From the sequence record NC_028899.1: 64,000 bases of DNA. One strand, 5' to 3'. Numbering within the stretch: position 1 is the stretch's first letter; every line of letters starts with the position of its first letter. The notes beneath the pieces are model-generated. The model saw only the letters and a program-made list of their open reading frames with translations, did not search any database and was not told the DNA's origin. The position numbers and the translations under genes are program-made. Below, in pieces: positions 28,965-37,500 of this stretch.

Positions 28965-29660
28965 TTAGATGCGGATCAGATCGTGACCCATGCGCGGATC
29001 GACGTTGATCGGTTCTTGGGCTTCAGCAGCCGCCGAGAGAGCTTCTGCATCGATGCCGTCCAGACCTTCCTTCGGCTGCTCGACTTCTTCAGCCAGCTGA
29101 GGACGGTCGCCTTCTTCCAGCACGACGTCGGTGACGTCCGGCAGCTGGCCGTTCTTCATCATCTCGACGACGAGTGCGTCTTGAGCGTCGAGCAGCTGCT
29201 TGAGCGCTTTGTTGTAGATCTGGTTCAGACCGTTGATGATCGGTTGGAACGTGTTGAACAGATCGATGTCGAATGCCTGATAGGCTTCGAAGATGCGGAA
29301 TGCTTCCGACAGTTCTGCGTAGCTCAGGCAGAGCTTCTTCTTGTCGGCATGGCTGTCCCACAGCGCCTGGAAGTCGCCGGCCAGCTTTTCGGCGAGCGGC
29401 GGGATCTGGGCCTGCAATGCGTCGAACGCTTCCTTGTCGCCGTTCTTGGCGATCTTCATCAGCACGACCTTGTGGCGATACTGGCCGAAAAGGATCGCGA
29501 GCTTTTCGATGTTGCCTTGGCTGCGCGTATGGACGGCCTTCAGCTCGTACCAGCAGCGCGAGGTCTTCTCGCGATCGAATCGCTTGTTCTTGTCGGTGAT
29601 GCCGAGGGCAGCACGGCGTTCCGCGTCACGTTGACGACGGCCTGCGGATTTCACAGTCAT
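28965..29660 (-). CDS. Helical conserved hypothetical protein
   Basis: ORF with biased codon usage, in the gp77-gp79 interval. Confidence 0.6.
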   Translation of the reverse strand: MTVKSAGRRQRDAERRAALGITDKNKRFDREKTSRCWYELKAVHTRSQGNIEKLAILFGQYRHKVVLMKIAKNGDKEAFDALQAQIPPLAEKLAGDFQALWDSHADKKKLCLSYAELSEAFRIFEAYQAFDIDLFNTFQPIINGLNQIYNKALKQLLDAQDALVVEMMKNGQLPDVTDVVLEEGDRPQLAEEVEQPKEGLDGIDAEALSAAAEAQEPINVDPRMGHDLIRI

Positions 29661-29756
29661 TTTTCATATCCCCAATAGGAATTTTAGATGGTTCACCAGA
29701 CGATAACTTCAGGCAAATAAAAAAGTATTTATTTACTCTGTTGTGTAGATCCTCTG

Positions 29757-30671
29757 ATGAATAAGGAGAACACTATGCTCGACCCGAGCTTGGACAACTT
29801 TTTGGAAAACGCATTACCCGCAGAGAAGTACAAACTCTACGTCGACATCATCTCCTATCTGGAGAGCATAGAATACGACACGATCGAGAGTGAGCTTCTC
29901 AACCTCATTTTCATGTCGATCGGCGACGAGAACGAAAAAGTTCCGAAACCGGAATCGACCTGCGTCGACGAAATCTACGGCCACCTGCGCGAGTGTCTGA
30001 TCTCTCAGCTTTCGCAAAGCGGCGTGAAAGCCAACGAAGACGTCAAGCTAAAGGATGTGTACGATTTGGCCATCGGCCTTTTCCACATCGGCACCCACGA
30101 AGACATCGCAGGTATCGTGGCATGTTGCAGTCTCGACGAATCGCCAATCAATCGTCTGGCTGAAGTTCTCCAGCTGGTGACGACCGTCAGTGCCGATCAC
30201 TGGCTGATGGTGATCGACGAAATTCAACCCGAAGTCATTCGCCGCATCGTCGAAATGAGCAAACAGACGATCGACTCCGAGTACCAAGAGATGGAGAAGA
30301 CGGCTGAATATTTACAGAAAATCCGCATCTACTCCGAGTACTGCGTGAAGAACGGCGAAAGCGATCTGGAGATCTTCCGCCTGGTTCAGCGCGTTGTGCT
30401 GGGACAAAACTTTGAAGTGTATCTGCATTCCGGCGTGCTGCACGAACTCTTCGAAGGTGATGAGATGGACAAGCTGGCCAAGGAAATGTATGGCATGGCT
30501 TTGATCTCCAACGACGCATCGCAGGATCCGGTGGGAGCAATCCGGACCATCATCGAGCAGTACATCGAAGATACACGCCGTATCATCGAACTGAATTCGC
30601 AAGTGCAGCTGGTCAATGCCGAATTCGTCAAGTTCTATCAAATCACCAGCCAGGGCCTGAATAATGGATAA
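29757..30671 (+). CDS. Conserved protein, phiKZ gp79-like
   Basis: 304 aa, directly upstream of and overlapping the vRNAP subunit. The start may be the ATG after AAGGAG (MLDP). Confidence 0.6.
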   Translation: MNKENTMLDPSLDNFLENALPAEKYKLYVDIISYLESIEYDTIESELLNLIFMSIGDENEKVPKPESTCVDEIYGHLRECLISQLSQSGVKANEDVKLKDVYDLAIGLFHIGTHEDIAGIVACCSLDESPINRLAEVLQLVTTVSADHWLMVIDEIQPEVIRRIVEMSKQTIDSEYQEMEKTAEYLQKIRIYSEYCVKNGESDLEIFRLVQRVVLGQNFEVYLHSGVLHELFEGDEMDKLAKEMYGMALISNDASQDPVGAIRTIIEQYIEDTRRIIELNSQVQLVNAEFVKFYQITSQGLNNG

Positions 30672-31995
30672 GCGCGACTTTTTCATGCTTTGCATGAGAG
30701 AGGGCAAGTATCGGGACAAACGTTGGGTGATTCGTGCTTTCGCTTTGGTGCGGGAGAACAAAACACCCGAGACGTCCAAGCCTCTCGACATCATCCAGAC
30801 TCCCGCCGGACACTTTTACAAGCATCCGGAAAGTGGGGAACTCGAACAGATTCGCGGTGCAGTGAAACCCGGCAAGCCGATGTATGGCTTCAAGGAAAAG
30901 CTGACGGTGAAGAAGGGTGAATTGCCCGGACTTCTCAAAGACGAAGAAACCGATTATGGTCGAATCCTCTACCATTGCATCGTCTTCGTACATTCTTTCG
31001 GCGGCAAGGTACCGTTCAAAAATGTTCAGTTGAACATGAACGACTTTGAAGACGAACTCGCAAGTAAACTCGAAGATGACGTAATGGTCGTCGATAGTCA
31101 GGGTAATGTGGACCCGGACACGAGTAAAAATGAAAAGCCTGATCGTTTCTATCCTCGGGAGTTGGTCAGGTATTATGAAGCAATGGCATATACCCGCGGA
31201 TTGGCCATGCTTTGTGTACCTGCCGCTTCTCCTAAGTCGATGACTATCGATCCGAAGGTTCTGAAGCGGCGTGACGAGCTTTTCAACGATCCCAATATCG
31301 ATCTGAGCAATCAGGCGGTAGCGGCATCTGTGGAAAAGGAACTGGTCGACATGGATCGGGATTCGTTCAAGGACGATTCCGCTTCAGGCTTCCTGATCAA
31401 CAAAAAAGACTTTGCGGTTATCCGCAAGAAGCGTTTCATTTCTTTCGGCTCGGGGGCTGGGCTCACACCTGACTCGAAGACGGCATACGTCAAACGTAGC
31501 TTGAACGAAGGTGTGGATGTAAGCAAGTTCAAGGACTACAACGATGAAATGCGTACTGGTTCGTATAAGCGCGGCGTGGAAACGATGTTCGGTGGCGAAC
31601 TGGACAAGTGGCTGGTTCGCGAATCTTCGAACATTAGAGTTCTGCCGGATGACTGCGGTAGCACTGTCGGTATTCCGACCGAGATCAACGAACTCAACAA
31701 ACTCAAGTGGCTCGGCTTCAACATCGTCGAAGGCCGCTCCGTAACCAAGTTGTCTGAGGACAACATTGGCACTTATATGGGCAAGACTGTTCTGCGACGG
31801 TCCCCGGCTGCATGCTGGGCACCTAAACCGGACTATTGCACGGTGTGCCTGGGCGAAAAGCTCTCGATGAACCCGGATGCGATTTCGATTGCATTCTCGC
31901 AATACGGTCACGATTTCATGGGTGAATCCATGTCCGCAATGCACGGCAAATCCCTGTCGATTGCTCGGATGGATCTCGTGGCTGAAGCTTCTTAA
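30664..31995 (+). CDS. rpoC: Virion RNA polymerase beta-prime C-terminal subunit (phiKZ gp80-like)
   Basis: Bridge-helix-like RGVETMFGGELDKWLVR, DDCGS, RSPAAC...YCTVCLG zinc site, trigger-loop-like FMGESMSAMHG. Confidence 0.85.
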   Translation: MDKRDFFMLCMREGKYRDKRWVIRAFALVRENKTPETSKPLDIIQTPAGHFYKHPESGELEQIRGAVKPGKPMYGFKEKLTVKKGELPGLLKDEETDYGRILYHCIVFVHSFGGKVPFKNVQLNMNDFEDELASKLEDDVMVVDSQGNVDPDTSKNEKPDRFYPRELVRYYEAMAYTRGLAMLCVPAASPKSMTIDPKVLKRRDELFNDPNIDLSNQAVAASVEKELVDMDRDSFKDDSASGFLINKKDFAVIRKKRFISFGSGAGLTPDSKTAYVKRSLNEGVDVSKFKDYNDEMRTGSYKRGVETMFGGELDKWLVRESSNIRVLPDDCGSTVGIPTEINELNKLKWLGFNIVEGRSVTKLSEDNIGTYMGKTVLRRSPAACWAPKPDYCTVCLGEKLSMNPDAISIAFSQYGHDFMGESMSAMHGKSLSIARMDLVAEAS

Positions 31996-32018
31996 CTTTC
32001 TTTCTGGAGAACATTCAC

Positions 32019-32915
32019 ATGGCAACGGAACAACAAGGCGGTACGGACGTCGCTCAGCAAGACGCAACGCAACAACAAGCACCGCAGGGTGATGCAGCAC
32101 AGCAATCGGGTGCAACGCAGCAAGGCTCGACCGATACGGCTGCGAAAGATGCGCCGCCGGCTGACGGTGCGGGCGCTGCTCCGCAAGGCGACGCGGCAGG
32201 CGCCGATGCCACCAAAAGCGACGCTACGCAAGCTCCAGCTCCTTCGCAAGACCAAGCAGCTGCGGCGAGCGACACGAAACAAGCTGCTGTGACTGCCACC
32301 GTGCGCAAGACCATCCCGGCGCCGGCTGCTCAACAACAAGCTACGCGCGATGCATCCGTACAGCAAGCTCCCACGGCTGCTGTTCCGCAAAAGACCGTCG
32401 CCACTGGCGTGACCGTGCAGAAGACCGACAAGACGGAAGTCATCGACGATCGTCAACTGCCGGAAGTCGTGGCTGCGATGAAGGTCGCCAAGCCGGAGAC
32501 GCAATCCGCTCTGTACCAGGTCATCCAGTACGCGAGCGACATGAACCCGGCCAAGCGCAACGAACTCAAGCAGATCGAGCAAGCGCAAGCCAACCTGCGC
32601 GTGGCACTCTACACGCTGCTGTCGGCGGAAGACACCAACTTCAAGGTCGTCTACCAGGCACTGCTCGCAGTCGTGCGCGCGCACTCGAAGAAGTGCTTCG
32701 CCATCACGGCACGCAACCGCGGCCTGAACACGGTCAGCCTGCAAGTGATCGACAACAAGAACATGCGCTTCTTGACGAAGATCGTCGATCTGCTCGTCCT
32801 GACGGCCGGCACCAACGAAATCGAGCAAGTCAAGCAGCACTACGACTTCTCGAAAATGGCTGAATGGTGCCCGAACGTGCGCATTCAGCAGAACCTGACG
32901 TCGTACTACGCGTAA
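32019..32915 (+). CDS. phiKZ gp81-like protein with an Ala/Gln/Pro-rich disordered N-terminal half
   Basis: Low-complexity first ~140 aa and a helical C-terminal domain; synteny after gp80. Confidence 0.6.
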   Translation: MATEQQGGTDVAQQDATQQQAPQGDAAQQSGATQQGSTDTAAKDAPPADGAGAAPQGDAAGADATKSDATQAPAPSQDQAAAASDTKQAAVTATVRKTIPAPAAQQQATRDASVQQAPTAAVPQKTVATGVTVQKTDKTEVIDDRQLPEVVAAMKVAKPETQSALYQVIQYASDMNPAKRNELKQIEQAQANLRVALYTLLSAEDTNFKVVYQALLAVVRAHSKKCFAITARNRGLNTVSLQVIDNKNMRFLTKIVDLLVLTAGTNEIEQVKQHYDFSKMAEWCPNVRIQQNLTSYYA

Positions 32916-32930
32916 GCGTAAGACAGACAT

Positions 32931-32964
32931 AGACTACCTACCGCCTCACGGCGGTAGGTAGTCT
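32931..32964. terminator. Bidirectional hairpin, TATG on both sides
   Basis: AGACTACCTACCGCC-TCAC-GGCGGTAGGTAGTCT, 15-bp stem between convergent genes. Confidence 0.85.
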
Positions 32965-32977
32965 GCGTTTATGCCGT

Positions 32978-33820
32978 TTAGGCGTAACCCATCTTTTTTG
33001 CCTTGCGATTCTGCTTCTTCACACGTGCAGATCGCTGGCGCCGGTTCTTTTGATGTTCTTGATTGTCACGGCGCGCTTGAGCAGCGTAATTCGTACGCTC
33101 GATGTGTTTGACTGCATCTGCGAAATACTCGTCGACAGCTTTGCGGAAGAACTCTTTCGATACGAGTTCCCACTCAGTCATGTCTTCGTCCGTCAGATAG
33201 TCGAACGGCTTCGTGGCATAATCCATCGTAGTCTTCGCGATGTTCTGCGTAAAGAACGACAGGATAGCCACCGTCATCGCTTCGCAACGATCGCTGTAAT
33301 GCAGATGCTGGCGATGACGATAGAAAACGCCTTGAATACCTTTCAGACGGAAGTTGCTTTCGACGAAACGCATCAGTTCCATCCCGATGCCTGACAAGCC
33401 TTTTCGCCCAGAATACTCAATGATCGAGTCACATGCGTGCTTCATGACCACATGGAAGTAATTCGGCATGTAGGCGTCGATCAATGCTTTCTTCTTGCAG
33501 TTGTTCTCGTATTCCTGCATCGACCTTTCAGTGAGTTCGAGAACCGTCTGCGTGAATAGGAACAAAGACCAGTGATACGTCTTGGCCTGTTCCATCGTTT
33601 TGACCAACTTGTCTTTGAATTCCTTGTAGCGGAAACCTTGCAGTGTCCACTCGCGGTCTCGCTCGGCCTCATAAGCCTTTTGTATGTTTTCGATTGCGCG
33701 ACGATCCTTGCGATTCGGTTTCTTCGACTTGACTTTACGTTGTCGAGTCGAGAACCAGATAAATGCGAGGACGATTGCACCAAGAGTCAGTGCCCCGAAA
33801 AAGACGTGGTCGATGTTCAT
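32978..33820 (-). CDS. Membrane-anchored hypothetical protein with a basic C-terminal tail
   Basis: N-terminal TM segment VFFGALTLGAIVLAFIWF; K/R-rich C-terminus. Confidence 0.7.
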   Translation of the reverse strand: MNIDHVFFGALTLGAIVLAFIWFSTRQRKVKSKKPNRKDRRAIENIQKAYEAERDREWTLQGFRYKEFKDKLVKTMEQAKTYHWSLFLFTQTVLELTERSMQEYENNCKKKALIDAYMPNYFHVVMKHACDSIIEYSGRKGLSGIGMELMRFVESNFRLKGIQGVFYRHRQHLHYSDRCEAMTVAILSFFTQNIAKTTMDYATKPFDYLTDEDMTEWELVSKEFFRKAVDEYFADAVKHIERTNYAAQARRDNQEHQKNRRQRSARVKKQNRKAKKMGYA

Positions 33821-33848
33821 TTTAAAAAGCTCTTCTTAAAGGTTTATT

Positions 33849-34253
33849 TCATTCCGGAACATAAGAAAGTACAACGTAAGCGATACCAGGTTCGAGTCCG
33901 ATCTTGTCGCCAAGAATCGGAATCAAGCTGATACCGTCCAATGACGACATATAAAGCGCCGTCAGCCCAGCTTTGTCGTTTTCGAATTCACATTCACACG
34001 TGAATGCGCCATCGTCTTCGACAATTTTGCCAGCCTTAATGCACTGGCTAAAATCGGTTTTGGAGGGATTCTTCCCCTGGATGTACTGCTGGAGTGCGTA
34101 GGCCAAACGAGCCGGTCTAGCGCCCTCGTTGAAGGCCGCAAAGTGCTTTCTCCACTCATCCAGATCAGTCTCGTACTCAGGCGGTAAGAAAATGTCCACA
34201 ACCTGATTGGTACGAGACCGGATAGTCTTTTGAACTAACCGGTCCAGGCTCAT
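33849..34253 (-). CDS. Hypothetical protein (134 aa)
   Basis: ORF coupled to the upstream gene (GGAG RBS in its last codons). Confidence 0.65.
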   Translation of the reverse strand: MSLDRLVQKTIRSRTNQVVDIFLPPEYETDLDEWRKHFAAFNEGARPARLAYALQQYIQGKNPSKTDFSQCIKAGKIVEDDGAFTCECEFENDKAGLTALYMSSLDGISLIPILGDKIGLEPGIAYVVLSYVPE

Positions 34254-34254
34254 A

Positions 34255-34530
34255 TTACTCCTCGTTCAAAAGTAAAAGTACTTTGTTGAAAACATCTTGC
34301 CAGGTATCGAACGGGCCTTCAATGAGATTGAGTTCCAGTTCGGTTTCCAGTTCAGACAGAATGTCCATGTGATCCAGCGCATCCAGATCCCCGCTCTGGA
34401 AAGACAACGCCAGGAATTCACGGAACTCCGCACTGTTCTCGACCGCAGACTTGCGAACCGTTTTCGAATCGTACGACGCTACAACATTGACAAGCACTCG
34501 TCGTGCTTTTTGTGCTTTGGCCTCAGCCAT
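34255..34530 (-). CDS. Acyl-carrier-protein-like protein lacking the phosphopantetheine serine (DAL instead of DSL)
   Basis: SFQSGDLDALDHMDILSELETELELNL..FDTWQDV aligns by eye to ACP [35 protein letters not shown]; 91 aa, acidic C-terminal half. Confidence 0.65.
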   Translation of the reverse strand: MAEAKAQKARRVLVNVVASYDSKTVRKSAVENSAEFREFLALSFQSGDLDALDHMDILSELETELELNLIEGPFDTWQDVFNKVLLLLNEE

Positions 34531-34584
34531 TTTAAAACCCCGCCTTGTTATTACTGTTACTGGTTTCGGTCGAAAACCAAATAA

Positions 34585-34779
34585 TCAGTCGCGCTTTATG
34601 TTGTATAAATCTTTCAATTCAGGATGGCTGACGCGAAGTTGAATCATCCAGGAACTCGGCACGTCATTGAATTCGAAAAACATCTGAAAAGCCTGCCCTT
34701 TCTCGTCCACAACCTGACAGAGAATGTGTTTGTCCTGAGGCAGTTTCTTCATTTGTTCGATAATGTCTGCGGGAGTCAT
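34585..34779 (-). CDS. Small hypothetical protein (64 aa)
   Basis: ORF with GAGG RBS. Confidence 0.6.
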   Translation of the reverse strand: MTPADIIEQMKKLPQDKHILCQVVDEKGQAFQMFFEFNDVPSSWMIQLRVSHPELKDLYNIKRD

Positions 34780-34804
34780 AAGACCTCAAAAAAAATAAGT
34801 AGAC

Positions 34805-35295
34805 AGCAAAAAGGGCGGTACAGAGTGGCCGAAGCCACCCCATACCGTGCCTAAGATGAAACAGAACGTGCATCCCAAGGTCGTCGAACCTACCGTCCAG
34901 GAATTACAGACGACGACTATGGGCTGCAAGCTACTCAGCGAGTGTCTCCCGACATATCGCATAACTTACAACTGGTCCCGAAAAGACCCCTTACAATCGA
35001 TGCGGGCGTAACACACACGAAGGCCCAAGATACGCTCCGGCGCCGCGAACGCGCGCGGCGCCGATAAGCTGCCAGGCATCACCAAGCTCTTAAAGGAGAT
35101 CTCATATCGGCGGCACTAAAAGGCGGCCATGAGATGTGATTGCGATGCGGGATGGAAACCGATTTCGAGACCGATTCCTATCGCGCGTACGACATGTGTG
35201 TTTCGCAGGCTTTTCACCTGAGTGAGGGGCTAAGTGGCAACCAAGCGGCCAATCCCAACACATCTGACTTGCACAGATCTTCAGACGCCATCTTG
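34805..35295 (-). ncRNA. Candidate large structured ncRNA (~490 nt) ending in a UUCG terminator hairpin
   Basis: No credible ORF. Many stems (11-bp 35037-35064; ATCTCAT/ATGAGAT; CGCAT/ATGCG; GTCGTCG/CGACGAC), long-range pairs, a 9-bp pseudoknot candidate, and GU wobbles favouring minus. Confidence 0.6.
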
Positions 35296-35307
35296 TTAAA
35301 GAACGAA

Positions 35308-35344
35308 TCGGCTGAACGATCCCTCACGAGATTGGTCCAGCCGA
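35308..35344 (-). terminator. Hairpin after the Ala-rich gene (terminator or first domain of the ncRNA)
   Basis: TCGGCTGGAC...ATCTC-GTGA-GGGAT...GTTCAGCCGA followed by TTCGTTCTTT. Confidence 0.6.
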
Positions 35345-35354
35345 CAGATCACGC

Positions 35355-36383
35355 TTACGGTTGCAGCGCGTCGGTTTGGTCCGCTGCGGCGGCGTCGACT
35401 GCGGGCGCGGCAGCTTGTTCAGCCGTTGCGTCCGCTGCCGGTGCCTGTGCTTGAGCGGCATCGGCTTCCACCGGTGCTGCCGTTTGCGCCGCATCCGCAG
35501 CTTGCTCCGCCGGAGCGCCAGCGAGTGCCGCAGCCGTTGCCGGGTCTGCGTTCACTTCCGGCGTTTGCGCCAGAGCTTCCGGCGAGTGGTCGACTTCTTG
35601 CGAAGCGTCACCAGCCGGTGCAGCTGCTTGATCCGCAGCGGGGGCTTCAGCTTGAGCAGCGTCCGCTGCCGGGGCTTCTGCCTGTGCTGCTTGCTCACCG
35701 ACGGCGGGGTCGACTTGCGGGGCAGCTTCTTGAGCCACGCCTGCATCAGCCGCGCCGGCCGGTTGAGCTTGTGCAGCAGCGTCGTTCGTCACGTCAGCAG
35801 CTTGGGCCGGTGCTGCGGCTTGTGCATCTGCTGCGGGAGCGTCGACTTGTGCAGCATCTGCGGCCGGAGCCGTTTCTGCTGCTGCATCGCCTGCGACTTG
35901 CTCGGGTGCCTGTTCAGCTTGCGCTGCACCTGCGTCCACGCCAGCCGCGGGATCTTGTTGGGCGTCCGCTGCCGGAGCAGCTTGTTCCGCCGTACCGGCA
36001 TCCGCCGGTTGTTCTGCTTGAGCGGCGTCGGCTGCGGGAGCCGCGTCCGTTGCGCCAGCTTCTTGCGCCGGGGCGTCGCCCGCCGGTTGTGCTGCTGCGC
36101 CTGCGTCTTGTGCCTGACCTGCTGCGACCTGGCTGTCCAGTGCAGCTGCTGCTGCGCCGGCTGCTGCCGCTGCGGCCACGCCGTTGTCGCCGAGGCCGAG
36201 TGCTTCGTTCGTCTTGTCGCCGAGACCTTCGACGTTGTCCGTCACCACGACCGGATGCTCTTCCTTCTTCTTGTGGAAGAGGTTGACGATGCGGTCGACC
36301 ACGTGTTCGGGCAGTGCAGCGAGGGCTTCGACGGCCAGCAGTTCGGCTTTCAGTTCGTCGATGACTTTGTGGATGATACTCAC
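35355..36383 (-). CDS. Acidic Ala/Gln/Pro/Asp-rich intrinsically disordered protein with an N-terminal helix
   Basis: APAADAAQAE-type repeats; AAGGAAAG RBS; highly biased codons. Confidence 0.75.
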   Translation of the reverse strand: MSIIHKVIDELKAELLAVEALAALPEHVVDRIVNLFHKKKEEHPVVVTDNVEGLGDKTNEALGLGDNGVAAAAAAGAAAAALDSQVAAGQAQDAGAAAQPAGDAPAQEAGATDAAPAADAAQAEQPADAGTAEQAAPAADAQQDPAAGVDAGAAQAEQAPEQVAGDAAAETAPAADAAQVDAPAADAQAAAPAQAADVTNDAAAQAQPAGAADAGVAQEAAPQVDPAVGEQAAQAEAPAADAAQAEAPAADQAAAPAGDASQEVDHSPEALAQTPEVNADPATAAALAGAPAEQAADAAQTAAPVEADAAQAQAPAADATAEQAAAPAVDAAAADQTDALQP

Positions 36384-36434
36384 GATCTTTCCTTTATGGA
36401 AGGTTAAGTTGTACAGCGTTTTACCAGCAAAACG

Positions 36435-36629
36435 TTACTGGCTCATAGCATCTTGAGTCAGATGCAGAACCCCTGGCGGAGGCGAGTGCAAACGCGATCC
36501 GTCGTTCTCCTGAGTCGTCTCGCAGTACTGCGGAAACACCAGGCTGGAATCGTGCCAGAGGCGCCCACTAAAGTGGACGATGTCCTTTCTGCAATGAATG
36601 CAGATTGATTTTGTTTTGTTCTTTGCCAT
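36435..36629 (-). CDS. Small hypothetical Cys/His protein
   Basis: CIHC, H and C residues; ORF follows the upstream gene closely. Confidence 0.5.
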   Translation of the reverse strand: MAKNKTKSICIHCRKDIVHFSGRLWHDSSLVFPQYCETTQENDGSRLHSPPPGVLHLTQDAMSQ

Positions 36630-36637
36630 GGAGCTTT

Positions 36638-37021
36638 TTAAAGGCCGATGGGCTGGAACCAGATCACTCCGAGTACGGGGACCGACGCAATCACGAACGC
36701 GTAAGCAAGCTTACAGAACGTGTGTAGGAGTTGATCTCCCATTGCGCTAATGCGCTTTTGGACTCGAAGACAATCGATGGTCCAGTGAAGGATGAATTCA
36801 GCGAGCGCAAGTCGAAGCGCAAGTCCGGGATAAAACAACCAGACGACTCCGAACGTTCCGGCTGCCTGTATCAGACAGTGGGCACTCAAGCCGAACCACC
36901 ACGGGAAGACTTCCACCTGCTTGTTCTTGATGTCGGACAGGAATTGCCCTTGACCAGGAAAGTCGAAGTACAGGTGAACAGCCAGCAGTGCAACCACTGC
37001 CAAGATAAACGTCTCGAACAT
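36638..37021 (-). CDS. DUF3307-family membrane protein
   Basis: HLYFDFPGQ, HCLIQ, EFILHWTID and DQLLH motifs with TM helices; CAGGAG RBS. Confidence 0.75.
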   Translation of the reverse strand: MFETFILAVVALLAVHLYFDFPGQGQFLSDIKNKQVEVFPWWFGLSAHCLIQAAGTFGVVWLFYPGLALRLALAEFILHWTIDCLRVQKRISAMGDQLLHTFCKLAYAFVIASVPVLGVIWFQPIGL

Positions 37022-37039
37022 GGTCGCTCCTGAATGAAA

Positions 37040-37492
37040 GAAGGCGCAGCCTAAGCTTAGTCTACAAGGCCGTAAAGGATCTTACGTGCATATCCAGGAC
37101 GCCAATCATCTCGTCCATAAATTTGCATCAGTTCCTCAAACGACTCGTAGTACTCCGGATCCCATTGATCTTCAAGGCCGTAGCACGAGCAGTGAGACGC
37201 GTACACTTCGAAGAATTGCTTCTTCTCGTGATCGTATCCAAACACCACCGAAGATCCTTCATAATCCTGGCACTCATACCCTGCGTACAGGATCTGGTAC
37301 TTCGGATCATCTACGATTCGAAATTGCTCGAAAACATCTTCGCGCGATTTAAATTCGTCATGGAAAACGGGTTCTTTCGACAACAGCGTAGCTTCGTTCA
37401 TGATAATTCCAGTATTGAGTTAAGGAAAGCATTTCCTATACGCACTCTTTACTGAACTTCTCACTACCTAACCACGCCTAAGCTGCGCCTTC
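37040..37492 (-). repeat. 16-bp imperfect inverted repeat (37040-37055 / 37477-37492) bracketing ORF 37057..37401
   Basis: Minus RNA GAAGGCGCAGCUUAGG pairs fully with CUUAGGCUGCGCCUUC (14 Watson-Crick + 2 GU). Confidence 0.8.
37057..37401 (-). CDS. Hypothetical phage protein (114 aa)
   Basis: YAGYECQDYEGS...FEVYASHCSCYGLEDQW motif, recalled as seen in diverse phages. Confidence 0.7.
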   Translation of the reverse strand: MNEATLLSKEPVFHDEFKSREDVFEQFRIVDDPKYQILYAGYECQDYEGSSVVFGYDHEKKQFFEVYASHCSCYGLEDQWDPEYYESFEELMQIYGRDDWRPGYARKILYGLVD

Positions 37493-37500
37493 GAAGAAAA

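Noticed and set aside
34805-35295. tmRNA, RNase P, group I/II intron or tRNA identity for the large RNA
   Set aside because: No tRNA-like acceptor or CCA end, tag ORF, GAGGAAAGUCC, P7 GACUA partner or domain-V motif. Only a degenerate GGUUCGA is present.
35400-36200. GC-rich imperfect direct repeats as a non-coding repeat element
   Set aside because: They are in-frame coding repeats of the Ala/Pro/Gln-rich protein.
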